A stretch of 64,000 bases of DNA from an uncultured Gammaproteobacteria bacterium (GCA_903928015.1 CAIYPF010000116.1:27084-91083), one strand, 5' to 3'; shown: positions 43,150 through 51,786, counted from the first letter of the stretch. Program-made: numbers and translations. Notes: a model not told the origin generated them from the letters alone.

Positions 43150-43616
43150 GCAGGCAGACCGATCCGCGCGATCAGGCCTTCGGCCGCATCTTCCACCAGG
43201 TCGAGCACCTCTTCGAAACCCTGCGCACCACCGTAGTACGGGTCGGGCACCTCAAGCAGCCCACGCGAGCCGTAGCTGAGGAAAAGCGCCAGTTCACCGC
43301 TGAAATCAGCCGGACGCATCTGCTCCAGATCCGCGAGGTTGGCGCGGTCCATGGCGAGGATATGGGTGAACCGGCGGAAATCCGCAGACTCGACCTGTCG
43401 GGCGCCCAGACCCGAAAGATCATAGCCGCGGGTAGCGGCGTGGCGTTGCGCGCGACGGTCCGGCGGCTCACCGGCATGCCAAGCGCCGGTGCCTGCAGAA
43501 TCGACTTGCACACGCTGACCCAGACCTCGCTCGGAGAGTTTGCGCAGAAGCACGCCGTGAGCAGTGGGCGAGCGGCAGATATTGCCGAGACAGACGAACA
43601 GGACAGAGATGCTCAT
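43146..43616 (-). CDS. Low-molecular-weight protein-tyrosine phosphatase
   Basis: It has the CLGNICRSP active-site P-loop near the N-terminus and is 156 aa. Confidence 0.9.
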   Translation of the reverse strand: MSISVLFVCLGNICRSPTAHGVLLRKLSERGLGQRVQVDSAGTGAWHAGEPPDRRAQRHAATRGYDLSGLGARQVESADFRRFTHILAMDRANLADLEQMRPADFSGELALFLSYGSRGLLEVPDPYYGGAQGFEEVLDLVEDAAEGLIARIGLPA

Positions 43617-43618
43617 GC

Positions 43619-44380
43619 TCAGGCAGTGGCGAGCAGCGCGTTCACGCGCGCGAGGTCGGCGGGCGTATCCACACCGCCCGGAATCGGCGCACAGGCGTGG
43701 TCGGCGTGAATGCCCACGCCATGCTCAAGCGCGCGCAATTGTTCCAGCGATTCGAGGCCTTCCAGCGTGCCCAGCGGCCAGCCCACGAAGCGGTGCAGGA
43801 AATCCACCCGGTACGCGTAAATCCCGATGTGCCGAAGCGGCCGGAAGCCCTCGGGAAGACGGCTTCGGTCTGCGGCAAAAGCATCGCGGGGCCAGGGGAT
43901 GGGTGCGCGGCTGAAGTAGATGGCGCGGGATCGGTCGTCCCGGACCAGTTTCACGATGTTCGGATCGAGGAATGCCTCGGTGCTCTCCAGGGGTTCGCAG
44001 AGAGTCGCGATGCCGCAATCGGCCTCTCGTGCGAGGTTTGCGGCAACCTGATCGATCACCTCCGGAGGAATGAGCGGTTCGTCACCCTGAACGTTCACCA
44101 CGATCGCATCAGCCTGAAGCCCAAGGACGGCCACAGCCTCCTGCAGACGATCTGTGCCGGAGGGGTGCACCGGCGCCGTCATGCACACCTCGGCACCAAA
44201 ACCCGCGGCGACAGCGCGGATGCGCTCGTCGTCGGTGGCGATCACCACGCGCGCAGCGGAACTCAGCGAGGCGCGCTCCCAGACGTGGCGGATCATGGGC
44301 CGGCCGGCGATGTCCAGCAGGGGCTTGCCAGGCAGACGGGTGGATGCGAATCGGGCGGGAATCACGACAGTGAAGCTCAT
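43619..44380 (-). CDS. kdsB: 3-deoxy-manno-octulosonate cytidylyltransferase (CMP-Kdo synthetase)
   Basis: It has the [22 protein letters not shown]-terminus and [11 protein letters not shown] motif, and is 253 aa. Confidence 0.9.
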   Translation of the reverse strand: MSFTVVIPARFASTRLPGKPLLDIAGRPMIRHVWERASLSSAARVVIATDDERIRAVAAGFGAEVCMTAPVHPSGTDRLQEAVAVLGLQADAIVVNVQGDEPLIPPEVIDQVAANLAREADCGIATLCEPLESTEAFLDPNIVKLVRDDRSRAIYFSRAPIPWPRDAFAADRSRLPEGFRPLRHIGIYAYRVDFLHRFVGWPLGTLEGLESLEQLRALEHGVGIHADHACAPIPGGVDTPADLARVNALLATA

Positions 44381-44823
44381 TGCGCCTCCGGTGCTGCTGC
44401 CGGGGCCGTGCCCGCGGGTTCGCGCGTGGTGATGCTCAGGCGTGAGAAGCCGCCGCGACCGGCTGCATCCATGGCGCGCACCACGAGTTCATGGGGTGTC
44501 TTGCCATCAGCGGTGATGACAAGCGGGCGGTCGCTGTCGCCGCCGGAGGCATCGCGCAGAGCGGCGACGATGGTCTGGACGCGGTCATCGACCAGGGTAC
44601 GTCCGGCAACAGCATAGATTCCGCTTGCCGAGACCAGCAGCTCGATGCGCTCAGGCCGCTGTTCGGGAGCTTGCGCGACAGCCTCTGGCAGGGTGACCTG
44701 CAGTTTGCCCTCGCGGGCGAATGTGGTGGCGAGCATGAAGAAGATGAGCGTGACAAAAACGACGTCGATCAGGTTGGTCACGTCGATCCGCGCCGTGCGG
44801 CGCGGGCTGCGGCGGAACCTCAC
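44377..44823 (-). CDS. exbD: ExbD/TolR-family biopolymer transport protein
   Basis: The 148-aa ORF has [18 protein letters not shown] (TM helix) followed by a periplasmic domain. It overlaps kdsB and exbB by 4 nt each. Confidence 0.85.
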   Translation of the reverse strand: MRFRRSPRRTARIDVTNLIDVVFVTLIFFMLATTFAREGKLQVTLPEAVAQAPEQRPERIELLVSASGIYAVAGRTLVDDRVQTIVAALRDASGGDSDRPLVITADGKTPHELVVRAMDAAGRGGFSRLSITTREPAGTAPAAAPEAQ

Positions 44824-45455
44824 GGTCGCACGCCCTCACGGATTTCCACCGGCCGCCCGCCGGAGACCGCCTCCACGAGACGCGTCGACTCCTGCTCCAG
44901 CGCGAGCACGATGCCGTCAACGCGGCGCAGGAAATGCCGGTGCAGGATCAGTGAGGGGATGGCGACGATCAGGCCGCCCGCAGTAGCCACGAGTGCGGTG
45001 GAGATGCCACCGGCAAGCAGCGCGGCATCACCCGAGCCGTGCTCAAGCACCTGCGTGAACATCTCGATCATGCCGACCACGGTACCCAGCAGGCCGATCA
45101 GCGGCGTCACCTCGGCGATCACGCCGAGCGTGTTCAGGTAACGCTCGAGGTCGTGCACAACCTGCGCGGCAGCGTCCTGGATGCTTTCCTTCATGACCTC
45201 ACGGCCATGCTGCGCGTTGGCGAGGCCCGCCGCGAGAATGCGGCCAAGGGGCGATGAACGCTGGAGCTTTCGCAACCGTTCAGCGCTCAACTCGTTGCGG
45301 CGGATCCACTCCCAGACCTCGGCAACGGTGCTGGGCGGCACTACCTTCCGGAAGTCGAGGGTCCACCAGCGCTCGATGGAGATGGCCAGCGCCACGACCG
45401 AGCACAGGATGATTGGCAGCATGAGGATGCCGCCGGATTTCACGATCTCGAACAC
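44820..45455 (-). CDS. exbB: MotA/TolQ/ExbB-family proton channel protein
   Basis: It is the C-terminal part of ORF 44820..46322. The proposed GTG start at 45455 follows AGGAG, giving VFEIVKSGGILMLPIILCSVVALAISIERW... It has the TAPLLGLLGTV-like block (VTPLIGLLGTVVGMI). Confidence 0.8.
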   Translation of the reverse strand: MFEIVKSGGILMLPIILCSVVALAISIERWWTLDFRKVVPPSTVAEVWEWIRRNELSAERLRKLQRSSPLGRILAAGLANAQHGREVMKESIQDAAAQVVHDLERYLNTLGVIAEVTPLIGLLGTVVGMIEMFTQVLEHGSGDAALLAGGISTALVATAGGLIVAIPSLILHRHFLRRVDGIVLALEQESTRLVEAVSGGRPVEIREGVRP

Positions 45456-45602
45456 GTGGCTGCTCCTGAGACGTGCGTCGCTGCATTGTAGAGGAGCGGC
45501 AGCGCTGGCGTGTAGGCGTGATGCAGCGATCCGTGCAGGCAGCGGGTGCGCTGCAGACCCGTGTTCCGCAATAATGCCCGCCCCTTTCGCGGACGCCCGG
45601 CC

Positions 45603-46511
45603 ATGTGGTTCAAGACACTTCGCATCTATCGCCTCACGGCCCCGCTCGGCTGCAGCGCCGAGGAACTCCCCGGCTTGCTGGAAACCCGCGCCTTCGCGCC
45701 CTGCGGCGGGCTGGACGTCTCTCGCACCGGTTGGGTGCCGGCGCTGGACAGCGCGGCAAGCGGTTTCGTGCACTCGCATTCGGACCATCACCTGCTCTGC
45801 GCGCGGACGCAGACGCGCCTGCTCCCGGCCTCGGCAGTGCGCGAGGCGCTGGACGACCGGGTCGCAGAGCAGGAAACGAAAGATGGCCGAAAGCTCGGCC
45901 GGCGCGAGCGGAATGAGCTGAAGGACGAGATCGTGCAGACGCTTCTGCCCCGGGCGCTCACCCGCTCGCAACTCACACGCGCGGTGCTGATCGAGTCCAA
46001 GGGCCTGCTCCTGATCGACGCCAAGGCCGCCGCTCGGGCCGAGGATCTGCTGAACCTTTTGCGCGAAACGCTTGGCGCACTGGCGGTGAAGCCACTGGTG
46101 CCGGCACGCAACCCCGTGGAAATCATGACCGCATGGCTGGCCGGCACCCGCCTGCCGCAGCGCCTGGCACTGGGTCAGCATTGCGACCTGCGCGACCCGC
46201 TCCACCAGGCGAACGTGGTCCGGTGCCGCGCCCAGGAGCTCGCCACCCGTGAAGTGCGCAACCACCTGGAGGCTGGCAAGACGGTCGCAAGCCTGGGCTT
46301 GCAGTGGAACGACCGCATGCAATTCGTGCTCGCGGAGGATCTCTCGGCGAGCGCAGTCAAATACCTGGATGTGCGCGAACGCGATGCGGGTTACGAGGGT
46401 GAGGACGAAGCCGCTGAACTCGCCCGGCTCGACGGGGACTTCGTACTGATGTCGATGGAACTGGACAAGCTGGTGGCAGACCTGATCGAGGTCTTCGGCA
46501 GCGCCGAGTGA
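45603..46511 (+). CDS. rdgC: Recombination-associated protein RdgC
   Basis: ORF 45546..46511 is trimmed to the ATG at 45603, giving the MWFKTLRIYRL N-terminus characteristic of RdgC. Confidence 0.85.
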   Translation: MWFKTLRIYRLTAPLGCSAEELPGLLETRAFAPCGGLDVSRTGWVPALDSAASGFVHSHSDHHLLCARTQTRLLPASAVREALDDRVAEQETKDGRKLGRRERNELKDEIVQTLLPRALTRSQLTRAVLIESKGLLLIDAKAAARAEDLLNLLRETLGALAVKPLVPARNPVEIMTAWLAGTRLPQRLALGQHCDLRDPLHQANVVRCRAQELATREVRNHLEAGKTVASLGLQWNDRMQFVLAEDLSASAVKYLDVRERDAGYEGEDEAAELARLDGDFVLMSMELDKLVADLIEVFGSAE

Positions 46512-46515
46512 GGCC

Positions 46516-46659
46516 TCAGTAGAAGAGTCGCAACAGCGCTACCAGGGCGCCGACCAGGGCAAATGCCGAGACGCCGAGCATGAAGCGCTCGGCCGAGCTG
46601 AAGGGCTCGCCGCGGAGTGCACCCGGGAGCCGGAATGAGACCATCTTGCGCGAGGACAT
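46516..46659 (-). CDS. Possible 47-aa small membrane protein
   Basis: The product would be MSSRKMVSFRLPGALRGEPFSSAERFMLGVSAFALVGALVALLRLFY, with one C-terminal TM helix. It shows strong G/C third-position bias and lies 53 nt downstream of a TGcTATAGT element. There is no clear RBS and no family was recognised. Confidence 0.35.
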   Translation of the reverse strand: MSSRKMVSFRLPGALRGEPFSSAERFMLGVSAFALVGALVALLRLFY

Positions 46660-46711
46660 GGGGACTGCTTCAACCACCGGAGGAGCGAACGCGGCATGCG
46701 GACGCGGCGCG

Positions 46712-46720
46712 ACTATAGCA
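46712..46720 (-). promoter_or_regulatory. Extended -10-like element TGCTATAGT (copy 1)
   Basis: The minus strand reads TGCTATAGT within an 18-mer (46704..46721) that recurs at 47470..47487 with one mismatch. Confidence 0.35.
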
Positions 46721-46769
46721 CCGCATACCCGGCGCTCCGGTGCCGGCCCGCCGTGAAAACTGGCGCGTT

Positions 46770-47420
46770 TCAGTAACTGGTGGGCAGCTTGCCGTTGATG
46801 ATGATGTTCTTGCCTTCGAAGGCGATGTAATCGCCGATGGCGAGGTCCTTGAGGATGCGCGCCACCATCTCGCGGGATGCACCTACGCGGTCGGCGATAT
46901 CCTGCTGGGTGAGCCGCTCCTCGATGTACATCTTCTCGCCGCGCTGGTCGGCCAGGCTCATCAACACCTTGGTCACGCGCCCGTAGACGTCCTGCAGAGC
47001 CAGGCTCTTCACGTTCTCGGTGAGCTTGCGCACGCGCCGGGTAAGGTTGCGGATCAGCGTCTGGGCCATGTTCGGGTGGCGCGTCATCACGCCGTTGAAC
47101 TCGTCCTTGAAGATGATCGTGAAGGTGCACTTCTCGAGGGTGCGCACCGAGGCCGAACGGCGATCGTCGTCGAGCAAGGCGAGCTCGCCGAAATAGTCCC
47201 CCGGCCCGAGGGTGTTCATGATGTATTCCTTGCCGTTCTTGTCGCTGCAATACACCTTCACGCGGCCGCTCTCGATCACATAGAGCGAATCTGCGAAGTC
47301 ATTCTCGTTGATGACGACGGTATTGCGGGGGTAGTTGCGCGCTACGCAGGAACCCTCCAGTTCGGCGAGTTCGTCAGCGCCCAGGCCTGCGAAAATTTCT
47401 ACCTTGGACAGCATCGACAT
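46770..47420 (-). CDS. Crp/Fnr-family cyclic-nucleotide-binding transcriptional regulator
   Basis: ORF 46770..47489 is trimmed to the ATG at 47420, after GGAGGA. It has a cNMP cassette (GDYFGELALLDDDRRSASV) and a C-terminal HTH (LTQQDIADRVGASREMVARILKDL) that keeps the CRP-like R-E-x3-R residues. Confidence 0.85.
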   Translation of the reverse strand: MSMLSKVEIFAGLGADELAELEGSCVARNYPRNTVVINENDFADSLYVIESGRVKVYCSDKNGKEYIMNTLGPGDYFGELALLDDDRRSASVRTLEKCTFTIIFKDEFNGVMTRHPNMAQTLIRNLTRRVRKLTENVKSLALQDVYGRVTKVLMSLADQRGEKMYIEERLTQQDIADRVGASREMVARILKDLAIGDYIAFEGKNIIINGKLPTSY

Positions 47421-47477
47421 GCGTTTTTGTCCTCCGTGCGGCTGGCCGCTCAAGGAGTCGGGTTGCGATGCGGCGGG

Positions 47478-47486
47478 ACTATAGCA
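47478..47486 (-). promoter_or_regulatory. Extended -10-like element TGCTATAGT (copy 2), candidate promoter of the crp-like gene
   Basis: The minus strand reads TGCTATAGT 58 nt upstream of the ATG at 47420. Confidence 0.4.
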
Positions 47487-47561
47487 CAAGGTTTCGTCAC
47501 GCCTTGCATACGGTCCCGCAACAGAACGCTGCTTTCCCGCGCGACCCGGTTGCGGGTATAA

Positions 47562-49088
47562 ATGCTTCTCCTCACATCATGGACCTCGGGCGTGCCCCTC
47601 AACCCGTCCGGCCAGGCCGCCATAGACCCCGGCGCCACCCTGGCCATCGAGCGCCAGGTCGCTGACGCGATAGCGCTCGCCGAGGACCTGCGCGTCACGA
47701 CCATCCTGCCCGATCTCGAGAAGTGCAGCCTCGCGGCCGCGCGCGCGGCCGACTGCCTCGTGCGCCAACCCGCAGGAGCAGACCTGTCACTGCTGCGCCA
47801 TGACCTGCGCAATCACCTGGGATCGATCTCCGGTTACGTCGAACTGATTCTCGAGGAACAGGGCCCTGCCCTGCCTCCTGTGCTGGTAACGGCGCTGGCC
47901 GAGCTTCGGGAAAGCGCCGGCAGCGCGCTCGAGGGCGGGCCCGGGTCCGCCGGAGCGCTCCTCGGCACGCCGCGCCAGTTGCCGCAGGCGGCACCCGGCA
48001 CGCTTCTGGTCATCGACGACAGCGAGCAGAGCCGGGAATTGCTGGAGCGTCACCTCGCACGGCAGGGGCACCGGGTGCTCTCGGCTGCCTCGGGCGATGA
48101 AGGGCTCGAGATCCTGAGGAGGGAGAAGGTCGACCTGGTCTTCCTCGACCTCATGATGCCGCGGATGAGCGGGCTGGAGCTGCTCGGCATCCTCAAGGCC
48201 GATCCGGTGCTGCGGGCGGTGCCCGTGATCGTGGTCTCCGGCATCAGCGAGACCTCGGGCGTGATCCGCTGCATCGAGGCGGGCGCCGAGGACTACCTGA
48301 ACAAGCCCTTCAACCCCACGCTGCTGCAGGCGCGCCTGGCGGCGGGGTTGGAGCGCAAGCGCTGGCACGACCGCGAGGAGGCCTACCGTCGCGAACTCGA
48401 GCGCAACGAGCGCTTCATCCGCAACACCTTCGGGCGCTACCTCTCGGACGAGATCGTCGACGCACTTCTGGAATCCCCGCAGGGGCTGCGCCTGGGAGGG
48501 TCGGCCTGCACCGTCACCATCCTCATGGCCGATATCCGGAACTTCAGCTGGATCTGCGAAAACCACGAGCCCGAGCAGGTGGTGCAGTTGCTGAACAACT
48601 ACCTGGGCGCGATGTCATCGATCATCATGGCCCACAACGGTACCGTGGACGAATTCATCGGAGACGCGATCCTCGCGATCTTCGGCGCGCCTGTGGGCCG
48701 GGACGACGATGCGCTGCGCGCCATCGCCTGCGCCCTCGACATGCAGGATGCCGTGGCCGGCATCAACGCACGCAACCGCGCACTCGGCCTGCCGGAGATA
48801 GGCATAGGCATCGGCCTGAACACCGGGAAGGTAGTGGCGGGCAACATCGGTTCCGAGCGACGCAGCAAGTACGGCGTGGTCGGACACACCGTGAACCTCA
48901 CGGCACGGATCGAGGCCTTCACGGCGGGCGGCGAAATCCTTGCCGCCGAAAGCACCATCGCCGAGGTGGGCGCTGCCGTGGAAACGGGCCGGCACTTCAC
49001 CGCGCAACCCAAGGGCATGGCAGGCGAGGTCACGATTTTCGCAATCACAGGCATGCATCCGGATGCCGCGGGCGGAACGACGCCGTGA
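47562..49088 (+). CDS. Response-regulator-coupled class III nucleotidyl cyclase (H-box-like N-terminal region + REC + cyclase)
   Basis: The REC domain reads LLVIDDSEQSRELL...DLVFLDLMMPRMSG...NKPF. The cyclase domain reads VTILMADIRNFS...NGTVDEFIGDAILAIFGAP...YGVVGHTVNLTARIE. The N-terminal region contains LRHDLRNHLGSISGYVELI. The start codon is uncertain. Confidence 0.85.
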   Translation: MLLLTSWTSGVPLNPSGQAAIDPGATLAIERQVADAIALAEDLRVTTILPDLEKCSLAAARAADCLVRQPAGADLSLLRHDLRNHLGSISGYVELILEEQGPALPPVLVTALAELRESAGSALEGGPGSAGALLGTPRQLPQAAPGTLLVIDDSEQSRELLERHLARQGHRVLSAASGDEGLEILRREKVDLVFLDLMMPRMSGLELLGILKADPVLRAVPVIVVSGISETSGVIRCIEAGAEDYLNKPFNPTLLQARLAAGLERKRWHDREEAYRRELERNERFIRNTFGRYLSDEIVDALLESPQGLRLGGSACTVTILMADIRNFSWICENHEPEQVVQLLNNYLGAMSSIIMAHNGTVDEFIGDAILAIFGAPVGRDDDALRAIACALDMQDAVAGINARNRALGLPEIGIGIGLNTGKVVAGNIGSERRSKYGVVGHTVNLTARIEAFTAGGEILAAESTIAEVGAAVETGRHFTAQPKGMAGEVTIFAITGMHPDAAGGTTP

Positions 49089-49459
49089 CGCGCATCCTGC
49101 TGGTGGAAGACAACGAGATGAACCGCGACATGCTGTCGCGGCGCCTGGCGCGGCGCGGTTACGAGATGCTGCTGGCCGAGGACGGTGAGCAGGCAGTGCG
49201 GATAGCGCTGACCGAACAGCCCGACATCGTCCTGATGGACATGAACCTGCCTCTCAAAGATGGCTGGAATGCCGCGCGGGAGATCCGCGCATCTCCCGCA
49301 GGCGCCGGCATTCGCATCATCGCCCTGACAGCGCACGCCATGTCCGATGACCGCGTCCGCGCGCTCGAGGCAGGCTGCGACGACTACGAAACCAAACCCC
49401 TCGACTTCCCCCGCCTGCTCGAGCGGATCGCCGCGCTCACGGGAGGAGCGCCCGCGTGA
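49085..49459 (+). CDS. Single-domain (CheY-like) response regulator
   Basis: A GTG start overlaps the upstream stop (GTGA). The product reads ILLVEDNEMNRDML...DIVLMDMNLPLKDG...LTAHAM...YETKP. Confidence 0.85.
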   Translation: MTRILLVEDNEMNRDMLSRRLARRGYEMLLAEDGEQAVRIALTEQPDIVLMDMNLPLKDGWNAAREIRASPAGAGIRIIALTAHAMSDDRVRALEAGCDDYETKPLDFPRLLERIAALTGGAPA

Positions 49460-51786
49460 CGCTGGCCAGGCGTCTGACGATCTCCATCTTCGGCGTTCTC
49501 GCGCTCTTCGCGGTGAATGTGGTCACCTTCGCCATAGGCAACCACGCCATACGCGAATCCCTCGACGCGGTGAGCGACTCGGTGCGCGGACAAGTGAACG
49601 CGGGCGAGCTTCGCCAGCGCATGGACACCCTTCACACGCAGTTGCTGGTACTGCTCACGCTTCGCGAGTCTGCGGGCCAGGGCGCATCCGAGGCCGAGGC
49701 CGACCGGGCACGCGCGGATATTGCCGACCTCGCGAGCATGGTTGTGCGGATGAGCCGCAACACCACCGATGCCTCGCGCCCCTCGCACTCTGCGCTGCAG
49801 GCAGCAACAAATGCCCTGTTCGCCGACTGGAATCGCCTGCTCGACGAACTGCGCTCCGGCAGTGCGCCCGTGCTCTCGGCAGAGCAACTGAAAGAACGCC
49901 ATGCACGCGCCGCGCTGGCACTGGAAAAATTCGACAACGCCGTCACCGAGGTCTCGCGGCAGGAGAGCAGCGCGGTGGAACAGACCGGGCGGATCACCGG
50001 TCGCGTGGTGACGGCGGTGTTCCTCAGTTCCATCGCCCTCACTGCGATGCTCGGTTTCCTGCTGATGCGACACACCAACGAGTCGCTGTTCCGGCTGCGC
50101 CGCGGCACTGTGCGCATAGGCCGCGGCGATCTGGAGTACCGGATTCCGGTGCTTGCCGACGACGAGTTCGGCCAGTTGGCCACGGCCTTCAACGATATGG
50201 CCGCCCGTCTGAAAGAGGCGGTACACGAGGTGAATACGGCCCGCGAGCAGGCCGACCGCGCCAACGCCGCGAAAAGCGGTTTCCTCGCCAACATGAGCCA
50301 CGAATTGCGCACGCCCTTGAACGCGATCATCGGCTACAGCGAGATGCTGGTGGAAATGGCGGAGGATGAGCCCGAGCTGCGCGCCACCAGCCTCACGGGA
50401 GATATGCAGCGCATCCTCACCGCAGGGAGGCACCTGCTCTCGCTCATCAACAACGTGCTCGACCTGGCCAAGATCGAGACCGGCAAGATGACGCTGCACC
50501 GCGAGCGCTTCGATGCACTGGCAGTGCTGCGCGAACTTGCCGAGACACTGCACGCGCTCGCCGCCCGCAACCGCAACAGCATCAGCGTGGAATCAACCCT
50601 TCCCGAGGTACCGATCCACACCGACGAGATCCGCTTCCGCCAGATTTTTGCGAACCTGCTGAGCAACGCCTGCAAATTCACCGAGAGCGGGAGCATCCGG
50701 GTGGACGCACGCGAGTTCTCTCGCGAGGGAGTGGCCTGGCTGCGTTTCGATGTCACGGACACCGGCATCGGCATGACACCGGAGCAGAGCGAGGCCGTGT
50801 TCGAGCCCTTCGTTCAGGCCGACTCCTCCACCACGAAGAAATACGGTGGCACGGGCCTCGGGCTGTCACTGTGTCGCGAATTCTGCACGCTGCTCGGTGG
50901 CAGTATCGGTGTGGAGAGCGAACCGGGGCGCGGGAGCTGTTTCTTCGTGGAATTGCCTGTGGATGCCATCGCTGCGACCGGGCCGGACGCGCAATCCACC
51001 CTCAGCGCAGAGGGAGACAGCGCCGATCCGCCCGTCAGGGAGGGAGGGCAACGCATACTGGTGATTGACGACGATGCCGACGCACGCTCGCTCACGGCGC
51101 GGGCGCTGCGCCAGGAAGGTTGCACCGTGCTGGAAGCCGCCTCGGGCAACGAGGGGCTGCGACTCGCGGGCGAGGAGCATCCGGACATGATCGTGCTCGA
51201 TCTCGTGATGCCCGAGGTAGACGGCTGGACCGTGCTATCGGTGCTGAAGGACAACCCCGGCACGCGCGACATACCCGTGGTACTGCAATCCATGCTCGAT
51301 GCGCGCGAGGCAGGCCTCGAGCAAGGTGCCGCCGAGGTACTGGAGAAGCCGGTAAACCGTCAGCGCCTGGCCGAGGCGCTGCAGCGCCTCGCACCCACCG
51401 ATCGCAGCGGACACGTGCTGCTTGTGGAGAGCGCCTCCGCCCTGCGTCGCGAATTGGTCGAAGGCCTGGAACACCAGGGCTGGTTCGTGAGCAGCACCGA
51501 ACAGCCGGGAGAAGCCCTTGCCATTGCGCGACAGCACCCTCCGGACATGATCCTGCTGTCGCTGGCACTGCCCGGAGAGGATGTGTTTGCCATTGCCGAG
51601 GAGCTTGGCCGCTCTGCACTGCTGCGCCGCACACCTGTCTATGTGATGGAGGGCACAGAGCTGGGTGGGGACGCCAGGGCACGACTGGAGGCACATCTGG
51701 ACCAATTGGTGTTCACGGAAGGCGGCGCCGGTGCCGTGCTCGCCCGCACTGCACGAAAGCCCGCCCCTACTGCTGCTCCACACTGA
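49456..51786 (+). CDS. Hybrid sensor histidine kinase (2 TM + periplasmic helical sensor, HAMP, HisKA, HATPase_c, two REC domains)
   Basis: A GTG start overlaps the upstream stop. It has HAMP (DDEFGQLATAFNDMAARL), an H-box (FLANMSHELRTPLNAIIGYSEML), N/G boxes (LLSNACKFT, DTGIGM, GGTGLGLSL), and REC domains (ILVIDDDADAR...MIVLDLVMPEVDG and VLLVESASALR...MILLSLALPGED). Confidence 0.85.
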   Translation: MTLARRLTISIFGVLALFAVNVVTFAIGNHAIRESLDAVSDSVRGQVNAGELRQRMDTLHTQLLVLLTLRESAGQGASEAEADRARADIADLASMVVRMSRNTTDASRPSHSALQAATNALFADWNRLLDELRSGSAPVLSAEQLKERHARAALALEKFDNAVTEVSRQESSAVEQTGRITGRVVTAVFLSSIALTAMLGFLLMRHTNESLFRLRRGTVRIGRGDLEYRIPVLADDEFGQLATAFNDMAARLKEAVHEVNTAREQADRANAAKSGFLANMSHELRTPLNAIIGYSEMLVEMAEDEPELRATSLTGDMQRILTAGRHLLSLINNVLDLAKIETGKMTLHRERFDALAVLRELAETLHALAARNRNSISVESTLPEVPIHTDEIRFRQIFANLLSNACKFTESGSIRVDAREFSREGVAWLRFDVTDTGIGMTPEQSEAVFEPFVQADSSTTKKYGGTGLGLSLCREFCTLLGGSIGVESEPGRGSCFFVELPVDAIAATGPDAQSTLSAEGDSADPPVREGGQRILVIDDDADARSLTARALRQEGCTVLEAASGNEGLRLAGEEHPDMIVLDLVMPEVDGWTVLSVLKDNPGTRDIPVVLQSMLDAREAGLEQGAAEVLEKPVNRQRLAEALQRLAPTDRSGHVLLVESASALRRELVEGLEHQGWFVSSTEQPGEALAIARQHPPDMILLSLALPGEDVFAIAEELGRSALLRRTPVYVMEGTELGGDARARLEAHLDQLVFTEGGAGAVLARTARKPAPTAAPH

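Noticed and set aside
46507-46518. Perfect palindrome TGAGGCCTCA joining the rdgC stop and the small-ORF stop, considered as a bidirectional terminator
   Set aside because: It has no loop and only a potential 3-5 bp stem, with no flanking T-tract. It is simply two convergent stop codons separated by GGCC.
47488-47510. Possible CRP-type operator (TGTGA-N6-TCACA) in the crp-like/cyclase divergent region
   Set aside because: Only one half-site-like TCAC/GTGA is present (…CAAGGTTTCGTCACG…). The partner half does not match, so no site is called.
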